From positions 68,606-132,605 of the forward strand of contig CAVOVL010000006.1 of assembly GCA_963699855.1 (NCBI GenBank): a DNA stretch of 64,000 nt, in the 5' to 3' direction. Below are positions 10,787 through 22,132 of the stretch, one piece after another (the stretch's first letter is position 1; every line of letters starts with the position of its first letter). The notes under the pieces were generated by a model. The model made no database searches and was not told the origin of the DNA. It saw nothing but the letters and a program-made list of their open reading frames with translations. Source of the DNA: an uncultured Alphaproteobacteria bacterium. Lineage in GTDB: Bacteria; Pseudomonadota; Alphaproteobacteria; Rhizobiales; Rhizobiaceae. The translations under genes and the position numbers were made by a program.

Positions 10787-11596
10787 TCAGCCCCGCGCCT
10801 TGCGCACGACCGCCATGAAATCGGCGGCGCGCTCGGGGTCGACCGCATTCCAGGTGTGGCCGTCGACCTTCAACGAAGAGCCGACGATGCATCCATCGGC
10901 GATGCGCAAGACGTCGGCAACGGTGGCGTGCTTGACCCCGGTATTGGCAAGCACCGGCGTGTCCGGGAGCACCTTCTTGACCGCCTCGAGGTCCGACAGC
11001 CTCGCCGCCTCGCCGGTGATCTGGCCGGAGACCAGCACCGCATCGGCAATGCTGGAAAACACGGCGCTGCGAGCCCGGTCGGGCAGGCTGCGCCGGTCGA
11101 GCGAGTCGGCAAATTCGGCCGAGACATTGTAGAGCATGGCAAGGTCGGAGCGCCCGAGCGCATTGCGATAGCGCATGGCCTTGCCGGCGTCCGGCGCCCA
11201 AAGGCCCATGTCGGAGGCATAAAGCCCGGTGAAGATCTCGCGTGCGAAAACTGCCCCTGTTGCTGCCGCAAGCGCCATCGTCGCCATCGGGTCCCACAAC
11301 ACGTTGACGCCGAACGGCACGCGGATTTCGTTGCGCAGCCGACCGATGACATAGGCCATTGTCGCGGTGGAGGCTGTATCGACGGCCAGTTCGTAGGGAC
11401 GGTCGTTCTCGTTGCCGAACATCACGGCATCGACGCCTGCCGCCTGCAGCGCTGCAAGGTCCCTGCGCGCCGTCTCGATGATCGCTTCCACCCCGCCTTT
11501 CTGATCATGCAATGGCGCGCCCGGCAGCGCTCCAAGGTGTACCATCGCGATAACCGGCTTGATGCTGCCGAATACGCGCGTGAAATTGCCTGCCAT
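10787..11596 (-). CDS. BtpA/SgcQ family protein (TIM-barrel, often in sugar operons)
   Basis: Intact 269 aa: MAGNFTRVFGSIKPVIAMVHLGALPGAP...FGNEND..., characteristic of the BtpA family. Confidence 0.75.
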   Translation of the reverse strand: MAGNFTRVFGSIKPVIAMVHLGALPGAPLHDQKGGVEAIIETARRDLAALQAAGVDAVMFGNENDRPYELAVDTASTATMAYVIGRLRNEIRVPFGVNVLWDPMATMALAAATGAVFAREIFTGLYASDMGLWAPDAGKAMRYRNALGRSDLAMLYNVSAEFADSLDRRSLPDRARSAVFSSIADAVLVSGQITGEAARLSDLEAVKKVLPDTPVLANTGVKHATVADVLRIADGCIVGSSLKVDGHTWNAVDPERAADFMAVVRKARG

Positions 11597-11718
11597 TCCT
11601 GCGATCCTCCATCCCCGGCGAGTGGTAACACCTGCCCATGCGGCTGTAAATTACGGCGCTTGCGCTTCAAAGCGCTGCCGTTGCATGATCGGGCAACCAT
11701 GAAAAGGCGGGAAGAATC

Positions 11719-12738
11719 ATGAAGAAGCGGCATTGGCAGCGCGGTGACAGATCCATCGAGTTCACCGAACTTGGCTTCGGAGCCGCGCCCCTTGGAAATC
11801 TCTATCGTGCGGTAAGCGATGAGCACGCGCAGGAAGTGCTGGAAGCCGCCTGGGCGACCGGCATGCGCTATTTCGATACCGCGCCGCTTTACGGCCTTGG
11901 GCTTTCCGAACGCCGGCTGATGCCTTTCCTGCGCACCAAGCCGCGCGACGAATACATCATCTCGACCAAGATCGGCCGGCTGCTGAAGGTTTCGACGCCG
12001 GAAGAACGAACCGGCATCGGCAAGTTCTTCGATACGCCGAGCCGCCGGGAGGTCTACGACTACACTTATGACGGGGTGATGCGCTCGCTCGAATTCTCGC
12101 TCGAGCGCCTTGGCCTCGACCATGTCGATATCCTGCTGGCGCATGACCTCGACCTCTTCACCCACAAGTCGCAGGCCGTGGTGGACGAGAAGATCACGCA
12201 GTTCATGTCCAGCGGATACTATGCGCTCCTGTCGCTGCGCGAGCAGGGGGTCATCAAGGCCTTCGGCGCCGGCGTGAACGAATGGGAAATCTGCCAACGC
12301 CTCGCCGACATGGGCGATTTCGACCTCTTTCTGCTGGCCGGGCGCTACACGCTGCTGGAGCAGGAAGCTCTGGAGACTTTCCTGCCGCATTGCGAGCGGC
12401 GACACCTCGGCATCATCCTTGGCGGGCCCTACAATTCGGGCATCCTGGCGACCGGGCCGAAGGAAGGCGCGTTCTACAACTACGATCCTGCTCCGCCGCA
12501 CATCATCAAGCGCGTCGCCGAGATCGAGGCTGTCTGCAAGAAGCACGGCGTCCGTCTCATCGAGGCGGCGCTGCAATTCCCGCTGATGCACCCCTCCGTC
12601 GTTACCGTCATTCCCGGCGGCCAGACCGTTGATGAGGTCGCTTCCAACGTGGCCAATCTCAAGGTGGAAATACCCCCCGCGTTGTGGGCCGATCTAAAGC
12701 AGCAGGGGCTGATGCGCGAGGACGCGCCGACGACGTGA
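11719..12738 (+). CDS. aldo/keto reductase (NAD(P)-dependent sugar/aldose dehydrogenase-like)
   Basis: Intact 339 aa with the AKR N-terminus IEFTELGFGAAPLGNLYRAVSDEHAQEVLEAAWATGMRYFDTAPLYGLGLSERRL. Confidence 0.8.
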   Translation: MKKRHWQRGDRSIEFTELGFGAAPLGNLYRAVSDEHAQEVLEAAWATGMRYFDTAPLYGLGLSERRLMPFLRTKPRDEYIISTKIGRLLKVSTPEERTGIGKFFDTPSRREVYDYTYDGVMRSLEFSLERLGLDHVDILLAHDLDLFTHKSQAVVDEKITQFMSSGYYALLSLREQGVIKAFGAGVNEWEICQRLADMGDFDLFLLAGRYTLLEQEALETFLPHCERRHLGIILGGPYNSGILATGPKEGAFYNYDPAPPHIIKRVAEIEAVCKKHGVRLIEAALQFPLMHPSVVTVIPGGQTVDEVASNVANLKVEIPPALWADLKQQGLMREDAPTT

Positions 12739-12744
12739 TGCGGC

Positions 12745-13189
12745 CTAGAGCACGCCCTTCTTCAAGATGAAGCAGCCGTATGGCCCCGGATCCGAGGTCT
12801 GCACGATAGCGAAGGAACGCTTCGCCGCCTCGTAGAAGGCGAAGCGTTCCAGCGATTGCATGCCGACCGGCTTTCCTTCCGCTGCGTCTGCTGCCACCTG
12901 CATGTCGCGATGCGCCTGCACGAGTTCGTCCGCCGGTCCGCCAACCACCTGCATGCGCGTGACCGGCGCGTCGACGAACGTGTCCAGCGGAAAGTGCCTG
13001 AAGGATCGCGCGCGAAAGCTCCGGCAGGGTGGCGCCCGCGATAATGATCAGCGATCCGTGCGTGGTATGTGCGGCTATGGTCGCGGCCGGATGGTTGCGG
13101 TCGCAGATCACCAGATCGTCGCCATGGCCCATGGTCTGCATGACGTCCAGCAATTCGCCCGTCAGAAGCGGGTCGATGTGTTTCAGCAT
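12745..13189 (-). pseudogene. second RbsD/FucU family mutarotase, one apparent frameshift near 12960-13020
   Basis: The N-terminus MLKHIDPLLTGELLDVMQTMGHGDDLVICDRNHP lies in ORF 12659-13189. The C-terminus ...ERFAFYEAAKRSFAIVQTSDPGPYGCFILKKGVL lies in ORF 12745-12954. Confidence 0.7.
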
Positions 13190-13198
13190 GGCTACCCC

Positions 13199-14097
13199 TC
13201 AGTTTTCCATGAATTTCATGACCGCTTCGGCAGTTAGCAGGCGTCGCTTGTCCAGCGGAGTCGAAACCAGCAAGGCTGCTGCGGCTTGCGCAAAGGGCAG
13301 GGCGGCTTCGACGCTTTCGCCTGCATCGAGCCGTGCGGCAAGCGCGCCCGCGAACATGTCGCCGGCGCCGTGGGTCGAATGAACGGCAACCCGATGCGCG
13401 GGGAAATGTCGTGCCGCGCTGGCGCCAGTTCGCAGCACCACGCCGTCTCCGCCAAGGGTGAGGACAAGCGAGGAAAACCCGCCCGCATGCGCGGCAATTT
13501 CGAGGGCATCCTGCCGGTTGTCGCAGGCCTGTCCGAACAGCACTGCCGCCTCGATGCGGTTGACGATCAGCACGTCGCAAAGCGCAAGGAACTGCGCGTC
13601 CATCGTCCGCATCGGCGCGGCATTGAGAATCAACGATTGCGCCAGCGTCCTTGGCGAGTTCCGCCACATGCCGGTTCACGCTTTCGGGAATTTCGTTCTG
13701 CAGAACCAGAACGCGCAGATCGGGCGGCAGCGTGACCGCGTTCGCATCGATCGTCTTGTTGGCCGCCGAGACCACCACTGCGCCATAGTCGCCCGAACGC
13801 TCGACGATCGCTGCGCTCATGCCGGAACGCTCGCCTATTCCCTGCTGGATGCCCGAAATGCCGACACCGGCGGATTTGAGATTCTTCAACCAGGATCGGC
13901 GCGAAGATGTCATCGCCGACCTTGCCGGCCATGTGGGTAACGGCGCCCATCCGCGCTGCTGCGACTGCCTGGTTGCCGCCCTTGCCGCCGCACACATAGT
14001 CGACGCCGTCGCCCATCAAGGTCTCGTCGGAGGCGGGAAGACGCGGCGCACGCACCACCACGTCGAGATGCAGCGATCCGGCGACCAGCACGCTCAT
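13199..14097 (-). pseudogene. PfkB family sugar kinase (ribokinase-like, second copy), apparent frameshifts in 13650-13900
   Basis: The N-terminus MSVLVAGSLHLDVV...GGKGGNQAVAAARMG starts at ATG 14097, in the frame of ORF 13630-14307. The C-terminus with HGAGDMFAGALAARL lies in ORF 13199-13669. Confidence 0.7.
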
Positions 14098-14098
14098 T

Positions 14099-15110
14099 TC
14101 AGCTTCTGCCGTAGAGCGCGGCGTTGACGATTGCCATGCTTGCCGGCGCGTCCTGCCGAGCGATGGCCGCGGCAAGGGCGGCGTCCCGCGCCAGCACATC
14201 CGCAACTTCGTCGAGCCGCAGCACGATGTCGATGTTGGTCCGGCACTCGGCCACCGGGTCGAGGCCGGAATGGTCCGGGAAGGTGTCGAAATAGATCGCG
14301 CCTTCATAGCCGATGCGCTTCAGCGTCACGAGAAGTTCCAGCGTCTGGACCGGGTGCACGCTCGCGGCCATCAGTCCGTCGTCGCGCTTGCCATAGCCGT
14401 CGTTGAGATGAACTCCCAGCAGCCGCGAATGGCGCGAAACCAGATACGCCGAATGCGCCGGCATTTCGTCGGCATAGAGCACATGGGCAAAATCGAGCGT
14501 CACGCCCAGATTGGACGCACCGCATTCGTTGATCGCGAGCAGGGTGGTCGCGATGTCCGGCATCAGCGAGTATGAGCGCGGCTCGTTCGGCTTGTATTCG
14601 ATGGCGATATCCACGGCGCGGTCATGCGCGCACACGGCTTCTAGGCACTCAAGCGTCGTCTCCCACATGCGGGCGTAGTCGGCCTGGAACGAGTAGTCGA
14701 AGCCGTCCTGGCCCATCCACAGTGTCATCAGGCTGCCGCCCATTTCGCGCAGCGTGTCGATGCCGCGCCGGGTGATGTCCACTGCCGCCCTGCGCACGGA
14801 AGCATCGGGATGCGTGAAAGCGCCGAGCTTGAAGCCGGGATCGGTGTAATACCGCATGGCAAGGCCGTTGAGCGCGACGCCGCTTGCGTCCATGGCGGAT
14901 TTGAGATCCGCCGTGCGTACGCCCTCGAAGTGATCGGGGAAATTGAGGTCGGCGGCGTTGAGCCCGTCCACCGTCGCAGCCCGTTCGATCAGGTCGATCG
15001 GTGGTGATGCGGTTCTTGCCGGGCCAGTATTTCTCCGCCCCGATCTTGAACGCGTTGAGGCGTGCGGCAAACCGCCGGTTGTGGTTCGATTCGGCCATGC
15101 GTTCCTCCAC
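14099..15110 (-). pseudogene. sugar phosphate isomerase/epimerase (xylose isomerase-like TIM barrel), one apparent frameshift near 14995
   Basis: The main body is ORF 14099-15148 (..HLNDGYGKRDDGLMAASVHPVQTLE...). The N-terminus MAESNHNRRFAARLNAFKIGAEKYWPGKNRITT lies in ORF 14649-15110. Confidence 0.65.
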
Positions 15111-15161
15111 TGGTTCGGCAAACTGATTGCCACCATTTGGCCGCGCACGGCAAGGGATGCG

Positions 15162-15437
15162 TTACACGAGCACCGGCTCGAGCAGCAACAGGGCGGCGAC
15201 GATGATCATCGGCGAGAAGGCGATGCCGAGCGTTGCGGGCGCCGGCAGGCGGTTGCGCAGGGCGAAGCCCAGCAAGGGCGCGGCGAAGCACAGCACGATC
15301 ATCGCCACGAGGAGAACCGCCTCAGGCATCTGCGGCCCGGTGTTGTTGACGCCCTGCAGGATGAAGCCCGAAACCGCAACCAGCAGGACGCCCAGCGAGA
15401 TGTCGGCAATTGCCGCGATTACCAGCGCAATTCGCAT
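15162..15437 (-). CDS. small hydrophobic hypothetical membrane protein (91 aa, 3 predicted TM segments)
   Basis: ORF with strongly hydrophobic composition. No family recognised. Confidence 0.35.
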   Translation of the reverse strand: MRIALVIAAIADISLGVLLVAVSGFILQGVNNTGPQMPEAVLLVAMIVLCFAAPLLGFALRNRLPAPATLGIAFSPMIIVAALLLLEPVLV

Positions 15438-15573
15438 CGTAGTTCCCCCCGCAGTTTCTGCAAACTAGCACGCGCCGTGACGCGCGCAACCGCGGGCATT
15501 GCCGATTGACCGCGAGGCTGCACGGTCACTAAGCTTTGGCTGGGCGCACGCTGGCGCCGCGAGGCGCGAGGAA

Positions 15574-17188
15574 ATGGCGGCATTCGAAACGAAACTGGAT
15601 ACCCGCGGCGTGGAATTTGCCGCTAACCGCGATCACATGCTGGAATTGATCGCCCGGCTTCGCGCGATCGAACAACGTGCGGTCGAACAATCAGCCCGTG
15701 CCAAGCCGCGATTTGCCGAACGCGGCCAATTGCTGCCGCGCGAAAGGGTAGCGCTGCTGTCCGATCCCGGTTCGCCGTTTCTTGAACTGTCCACGCTTGC
15801 GGGCTGGGGCCTCGACACGCGGGACGAGGAGAAATCGGTTCCCGGGGCCGGGGTGATCTGCGGTATCGGTTTCGTCTCGGGAATCCGCTGCATGATCAGC
15901 GCCAGCGACAGCGGCATCGCGGCCGGCGCGCTGCAGCCCATGGGCCTCGACAAGCAGTTGCGCATCCAGGAGATCGCGTTGCAAAACCGCCTGCCTTACG
16001 TGCAGCTCGTGGAAAGCGCGGGCGCCAATCTGATGGAATACCGTGTCGAGGATTTCGTTCGCGGCGGCGAGATTTTCCGCAATCTCGCGCTGCTTTCCGC
16101 CGCCGGCCTCCCCGTAATCACGGTCACGCATGGCTCGTCGACCGCGGGCGGGGCGTACCAGACGGGCCTTTCCGACTACATCGTCATGGTGCGCGGGCGC
16201 ACGCGCGCATTCCTTGCCGGGCCGCCGCTGTTGAAGGCTGCAACCGGCGAAATCGCCACGGAGGAAGAACTCGGCGGCGCGCAGATGCATACGTCGATCT
16301 CGGGGCTAGGCGATTATCTTGCTGAGGACGACCGTCACGCGCTCGGCATCGCCCGGCGGATCGTCGCCAATCTGGGTTGGGAAGGACACAGGCGAGCCGG
16401 ATGTGCCGTTCGAGGAGCCGCGATACCCGGCAGAAGACCTGCTCGGCATCATGCCGGAAGACCACCGCCAGCCCGTCGACATGCGCGAGGTGATCGCGCG
16501 GCTCGTCGATGCCTCCTGTTCGACGAGATCGGCAGCGACTACGGCAGCGCTACGGTTTGCGGATTTGCCCGCATACGCGGCCGGTCAGTGGGCTTCATCA
16601 CCAACAACGGTCCGATCAGATTCGCCGGGCGCGAACAAGGCGACGCATTTCATCCAGCTTTGCTGCCAGTCAGGCACGCCGATCGTCTACCTCCACAACA
16701 CCACGGGCTACATGGTTGGCCGCACCCATGAGGAAGCCGGCATGATCAAGCACGGCTCCAAGATGCTGCAGGCGGTGGCGAGCGCCAACGTACCGCAAAT
16801 CGCGATCCATTGCGGCGCATCTTTCGGGGCCGGCAATTACGGCATGTGCGGGCGCGGCTTCAAACCCCGTTTCGCGTTCTCCTGGCCCAATGCGAAAACC
16901 GCCGTCATGGGCGCCGAACAGGCCGCCGGTACCATGGAGGTTGTGGCGCTGGCGGCGGCGCAGCGGCGCGGCGTTGAGCCGCGACGCGGCTGAACTGGCG
17001 GCGCAGCGCGACCGCATCACGACCTTGTTCGAGCGGCAGATGAGCGCCTTCCACACCAGCGCCCGGCTGCTCGACGATGGCATCATCGACCCGCGGGATA
17101 CGCGCAACGTGCTTGCCGAGGTCTGGCCATTTGCCGCGAGGCGGAGCAAAGGCCAGTGCGTCCGGTGCAGTTTTCCGTGGCGCGGCCA
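15574..17188 (+). pseudogene. acyl-CoA carboxylase carboxyltransferase (beta) subunit, methylcrotonyl-/propionyl-CoA carboxylase beta-like, at least 4 apparent frameshifts
   Basis: N-terminus MAAFETKLDTRGVEFAANRDHMLELIARL (ATG 15574). Conserved blocks alternate between the frames of ORFs 15499, 16319, 16890 and 17077, for example GTTLVCGFARIRGRSVGFITNNGPI, HFIQLCCQSGTPIVYLHNTTGYMVG, GAGNYGMCGR and [16 protein letters not shown]. Confidence 0.75.
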
Positions 17189-19154
17189 TGAGTGCAATGA
17201 AGACGCCGTTCCGCACGATCCTTGTCGCAAACCGGGGCGAGATCGCCTGCCGGATCATCCGCACCGCAAGGCGTCTCGGCTACCGGACCGTGGCCGTGCA
17301 CATGGGCGATGAATCGGCCGCCCTGCATGTGCGCATGGCTGACGCGGCCGTGGCCTTGACGGCGAGACGCTGTCGCAGATGCCTTTCTGAGTATCGATGC
17401 AATGCTCTGTGGCTGCGCAGGTTTCGGGAGCGGATGCCATCCATCCAGGCTACGGGTTCCTGTCTGAAAATGCCGATTTTGCGCAGGCCTGCGCCAGTGC
17501 CGGGCTTGTCTTCATCGGCCCGTCGGCAGGCTCGATCCGCCTGATGGGTGACAAGGGCGCAGCCAAGCAAGTCATGGCAGCCGCCGGCGTACCCTGCATC
17601 GCAGGTCATGACGGCGCGGATCAGTCGGACACGAGCGCTTGCGCAAGCGGCGGCGGCTATCGGCTATCCTGTGATGATCAAGGCCGCTATGGGCGGCGGC
17701 GGGCGCGGCATGCGGCTCGCCGAAAACCACGCCGTTTTCGTCGAACTGCTGCGGGCGGCGAAGGCCGAGGCGCGCACCGCCTTCGGCGATGACCGCATCA
17801 TCATCGAAAAAGCGATCCCCGATGCGCGCCACGTTGAAATCCAGGTGTTCGGCGACCGCCATGGCAACGCCATTCATCTGGGCGAACGCGATTGCTCGGT
17901 GCAGCGCCGCCACCAGAAGCTGATCGAGGAAGCGCCGTCGCCGGCCATGACGCCGCAATTGCGCGAGGTGATGGGCAAGGTTTCGTGCGACGCCGTGCGG
18001 GCAATCGGCTACGAGGGCGCGGGAACGCTGGAGTTCCTGCTCGGGCCCAACGGTGATTTCCATTTCATGGAAATGAATACGAGGTTGCAGGTGGAGCATC
18101 CGGTCACGGAGGCGATCACGGGACTCGACCTTGTCGAACTGCAATTAAAGGTCGCGGCGGGCGAACCGCTCGGCATCGCGCAATCCGATATCCGCATCGA
18201 CGGCCATGCGATCGAGGCAAGGCTCTGCGCCGAGGATCCGGCCGACGGTTTCCTGCCGCAGACCGGAAGGGTCGGCCTGTGGCGCATGCCGCACGGTTTG
18301 CGCGCCGACACGGCGATGGAGACTGGCGCCAGCGTTTCGCAGCACCATGATTCGATGATCGCCAAGCTGGTCAGCCATGGTCCCGACCGCGAAACCGCGC
18401 GCAGGCAACTCATCGCCGGACTGGAAAGGGCTGACGTTCTCGGCATACGCACCAACCGCGAATTTCTTGTAGCTGCGCTTTCCCACGGCACATTCGCGAC
18501 GGGCGAAGCGACGACCCGGTTTGTGGAAGCCAATCTCGATGCGCTGACCGCTCCCGCCGCGGACAGTACCGCTCCCTTCGTTGCTGCCGCGATCCTGCGC
18601 CTGCCGCTCTCCGGACTGCTGGCTGCGCCGGCATGCCGTTCGCCGCGCCGTTGAAGTTCCTGCTCGACGATAGGCCCGTGGAAGCGTCGGCGGCCTTTGT
18701 GGCCAAGGATATTGCTCAGGTGACCATCGAGGGTGATGCCGTGACCGTCGAGATCATTGCGATGGAAGGCCATGACATCCGCATGCGCATCGATGGCGTC
18801 GAGAGCGTCGCCACCCGCGTGTTGCAGAAGGGCGAGGGTGGATTTGCCTGGATGGGCCGCAGCCACATTCTTGTGGACAGGACGCTCGAACCTGCTGGTT
18901 CCGCGGTGGAAGGGCATGGCGACGGCGTCTTGCGCGCCAGGATGGCGGGACGGGTTGTCGCTGTCCGCGGCGCGCCTGGCCATCTCGTTGCGGCGGGTCA
19001 ATCGCTCGTCATTGTCGAGGCGATGAAATTGCAGCATGCCCACGCCCTGCCGGCTAGCGGAAGGGTGGCGCAAGTGCTGGTGCGCGAGGGCGACCAGGTC
19101 GCCTCAGGCCAGATTCTGCTGCGGCTGGAAACAGAAAAGGGCCCGACCGCATGA
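17188..19154 (+). pseudogene. acyl-CoA carboxylase biotin carboxylase + biotin carboxyl carrier (alpha) subunit, 3 apparent frameshifts
   Basis: N-terminus [32 protein letters not shown]. Pieces in ORFs 17077, 17397, 17548-18654 (ATP-grasp, EHPVTE) and 18633-19154 (biotinyl domain, VIVEAMKLQHA). The junction with the beta gene at about 17185 is approximate. Confidence 0.75.
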
Positions 19155-19173
19155 CGGTCAGGCCCTCCAAAAT

Positions 19174-19218
19174 TGGCTCCCCGGGCCGGATTCGAACCAG
19201 CGACCAACCGGTTAACAG
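19174..19218 (-). repeat. 45-bp direct repeat identical to the 3' end (incl. CCA) of the tRNA-Asn gene at 42837-42911; putative island attachment-site remnant (attR-like)
   Basis: TGGCTCCCCGGGCCGGATTCGAACCAGCGACCAACCGGTTAACAG occurs at 19174-19218 and at 42837-42881, in the same orientation. Sequence diverges immediately afterwards. Confidence 0.8.
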
Positions 19219-19567
19219 ATAATTACTTTCCTGTTTGGGAATGTGAACCGGTGTGGACGGAATTCGACCTATCCGCTCGAAGCTGGATAGTTAAGCCGAC
19301 AATAGCTGAGGCAATATCGTTATGGCAAAGATGGCTTCAATCGTCTCGCGGCGTCGTATCAAGAGGGTGTCACCGTCGTTGATCAATTGCCACCTGCTCC
19401 GTTGCCAACATGACCTTGACCGTTCCCGTCGACCCGACCACGATAGCGCTTTCAGTGCGCGGATCACCGCCGCTACCGTCCTGACGGGCTCAGTATCGTT
19501 GGAGCATAAGCTCTGAAATCTCAGCGTTGCGACCACGCGCGTTTGGCCGGTTCAATCTCATGCCAGT

Positions 19568-20979
19568 TCAGTTCATGAATGCATGTGATGGTCGGCAAGC
19601 ATGCCAGCCGGTGACCGATTGATAGGAATGGCCCGCGCGCAGCAGGAGTTCCTCATCGACGTGGCGGCCGACGAATTGCATGGCCAGCGGCATTCCGGCG
19701 CTGTCGATGCCCATCGGCAGCGTCAGCGTCGGGCTTCCGGAGAAGTCGAACGGCGCGGTGAAGCGCAAGATGCTGTTCAGTACCGTGGGGTCTTCGCCAT
19801 ATTCGCTCATTCGCTTGAGATCGGGCACCGGCATGGGCATCGCCGGCACGATCAGCATGTCGGCTTCCTCGAACATCGCCTTGAGCGCGCCGTTGAACTT
19901 CAAACGCTCCTGGAGGATTTCGGCGATTTCGACCCCTGTCATTGCGTGTCCCTGGTCGATCAGTTGCGCCAGGTCCGGACCATATTCCGACTTTCGTGAG
20001 GGGTATGTTTGAATATGCGCGGCGGCAGTCTCGACCGAGCACATGGGGATCCACATGCCGACCAGGCGTTCGTAATCCGGAAAGCGGACCTCGCGCACCT
20101 TGGCGCCAAGATCGACCAGCACGCGCTCGGCTTGCGACATGGCGGCCACGATCTGCGGATCGATGCCTTCATGCATGTAGCGCCTGTCGATGCCGATGGT
20201 CAGGCCGCGAATGCCCTTGCGGATCGACGCCAGGTAGTCGGGCACCGGATCGGCCAGACTGGTAGGGTCGTGAGGATCGATGCCCGCCATCACCGCCAGC
20301 ATGGCGGCCGCGTCGGCGGCGCTTCGCGTCATCGGACCGACGTGATCGAGCGAGTCCGCCAAGCGGAAAGATGCCATGCCTGCTGACGCGGCCCCAGGTC
20401 GGTTTCAGGCCGGTGAGGCCACAGGTGGCGGACGGAAACCGGATTGAGCCGCCGGTGTCGCTGCCGATGGAACCAAAGCACAGCCCTGCGCGAAGTCGCG
20501 ACGCCCGAGCCGGTGGAGGACGATCCGACCCAATACTCGGGATTCCAGGGGTTGCGTGGCGCCGGGTCTTCCGGATGGTGGCTGGTATAGGCGCCTTCAG
20601 TCATCTTCAGCTTGCCGAGCGTGACAGCGCCCGCAAGCTCCAGCCGGTCGACGATGGTGGCATTGTAGGTACGGCACGTAGTCCGGCGAGTATTTTCATG
20701 CCCGCCGTGGTCGGCGCGAAGGTCGTGCGGCAAAGGTCCTTGAGGCCGATCGGCACGCCGTGCAGCGGGCCGCGCCATATGCCCTTGGCCGATCTCCGCG
20801 TCGGCAATCCGTGCCTGCTCCATTGCCCTTTCCGGCAGCACCGCAAGGTATGATCGCAGCCGCCCGTCCAGCACCTCGATCCGCTCGAGAAGCGCCTTGG
20901 TAACGTCTTGCGAACTGAGCTGCCGGGTGCGGATTCGCTCGGAAACATCGACGAGATTGAGATAGTGGATTTCGCTCAT
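19568..20979 (-). pseudogene. amidase (amidase signature family, GatA-like), at least 3 apparent frameshifts
   Basis: The N-terminus MSEIHYLNLVDVSERIRTRQLSS... starts at ATG 20979. The signature region GPLHGVPIGLKDL...TTAG lies in ORF 20607-20948. The C-terminal half lies in ORF 19568-20377. Confidence 0.7.
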
Positions 20980-21162
20980 GCCGATCGCGTCCCGTTGGCT
21001 GGAGCATCGATTGGCTGCCATGACCGGGTCCTGGTCAAGCGCGTTCTGCTGAAAATCAGGACAGCGATGCAACTCCGCGATTGCCTGCGCCACATCGCTT
21101 GCTACAGTGCGGGTTCACAATTGAGGGGAGGGCAGAGCTTGGACTGGTTACGCAGCAGCTAC

Positions 21163-22122
21163 ATGGGAAGAAAGGGCGTCGCGGGCGGCAAGGCTGGCGC
21201 GCGCCACCATCTCACCGAAAAGGCGCAGGGCCAGTATCACTACGTCTATGGCCCGTACTCGGAACCGGTCATGCGGATAAAGCCCGGCGACGTGGTGGAG
21301 GTCGAGACGCTGGACGCCTTCGGCGGGGCGATCAAGTCCGAAGCGGACATGCCCTCGAAGGTTCTCAACATGCCCTTCGTCAACCCGCAGAACGGGCCGA
21401 TCGCCGTGGAGGGTGCGCAAAAGGGCGACGTGCTGGCCGTCTATGTCCACAGCCTGTTGCCGCGCGGACCGCAACCCGTGGGCACGACGGCGCTGATCCC
21501 GGACTTCGGAGGCCTCGTCGCTTCTTCGGCATTAATGCTGAACGCACCCATTCCCGAGCGCGTGAAGAAGATGGAAGTGACGCCGGACGGCGTCAAATTC
21601 TCCGACAAGATCATGCTGCCCTACGAACCCTTTGTCGGCACCATGGGCGTGAGCCCGGAGATCGAGGCGGTGAGTTCGCTGCAGCCTGACTATTGGGGCG
21701 GCAACATGGACCTTCCCGACGTGGCGCCCGGATCGGTGATGTATTTCCCGGTCCAGCGCAAGGACGCGCATTTCTTCATCGGCGACTGCCACGGGCGGCA
21801 GGGCGACGGCGAACTGTGCGGTGTCGCGGTGGAGATACCCGCGACCGTCACCGTGCAGATCGACCTCATCAAGGGATGGTCGATTCCCGGCGTTCGGCTG
21901 GAGACACAGGATTTCATCATGGCGGTCGGCAGCGCCCGCCCGATGGAGGACGCGGCGCGCATGGCCTATCGCGACCTGGTGCGCTGGCTGGTCACGGACT
22001 ACGGATTTGAGGAAAGCGAGGCGTATTTCCTTGCGACGCAGGCGGGCAAGATGCGCGTCGGCAACATGGTCGATCCCAAATACACGCTGGGTGCGTCCAT
22101 GCTGAAGAAGTATCTGGATTGA
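21163..22122 (+). CDS. acetamidase/formamidase (FmdA_AmdA) family protein
   Basis: Intact reading frame. MGRKGVAGGKAGARHHLTEKAQGQYHYVYGPYSEPVMRIKPGDVVEVETLDAFGG... is typical of the family. Start ATG 21163 chosen within ORF 20908-22122. Confidence 0.75.
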   Translation: MGRKGVAGGKAGARHHLTEKAQGQYHYVYGPYSEPVMRIKPGDVVEVETLDAFGGAIKSEADMPSKVLNMPFVNPQNGPIAVEGAQKGDVLAVYVHSLLPRGPQPVGTTALIPDFGGLVASSALMLNAPIPERVKKMEVTPDGVKFSDKIMLPYEPFVGTMGVSPEIEAVSSLQPDYWGGNMDLPDVAPGSVMYFPVQRKDAHFFIGDCHGRQGDGELCGVAVEIPATVTVQIDLIKGWSIPGVRLETQDFIMAVGSARPMEDAARMAYRDLVRWLVTDYGFEESEAYFLATQAGKMRVGNMVDPKYTLGASMLKKYLD

Positions 22123-22132
22123 GGGGAAACAC

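Noticed and set aside
19291-19536. 81-aa ORF and overlapping 64-aa ORF next to the tRNA-Asn repeat, considered as integrase remnants
   Set aside because: There is no similarity to tyrosine recombinase catalytic motifs (the R..H..R..Y box). The region has low coding potential.
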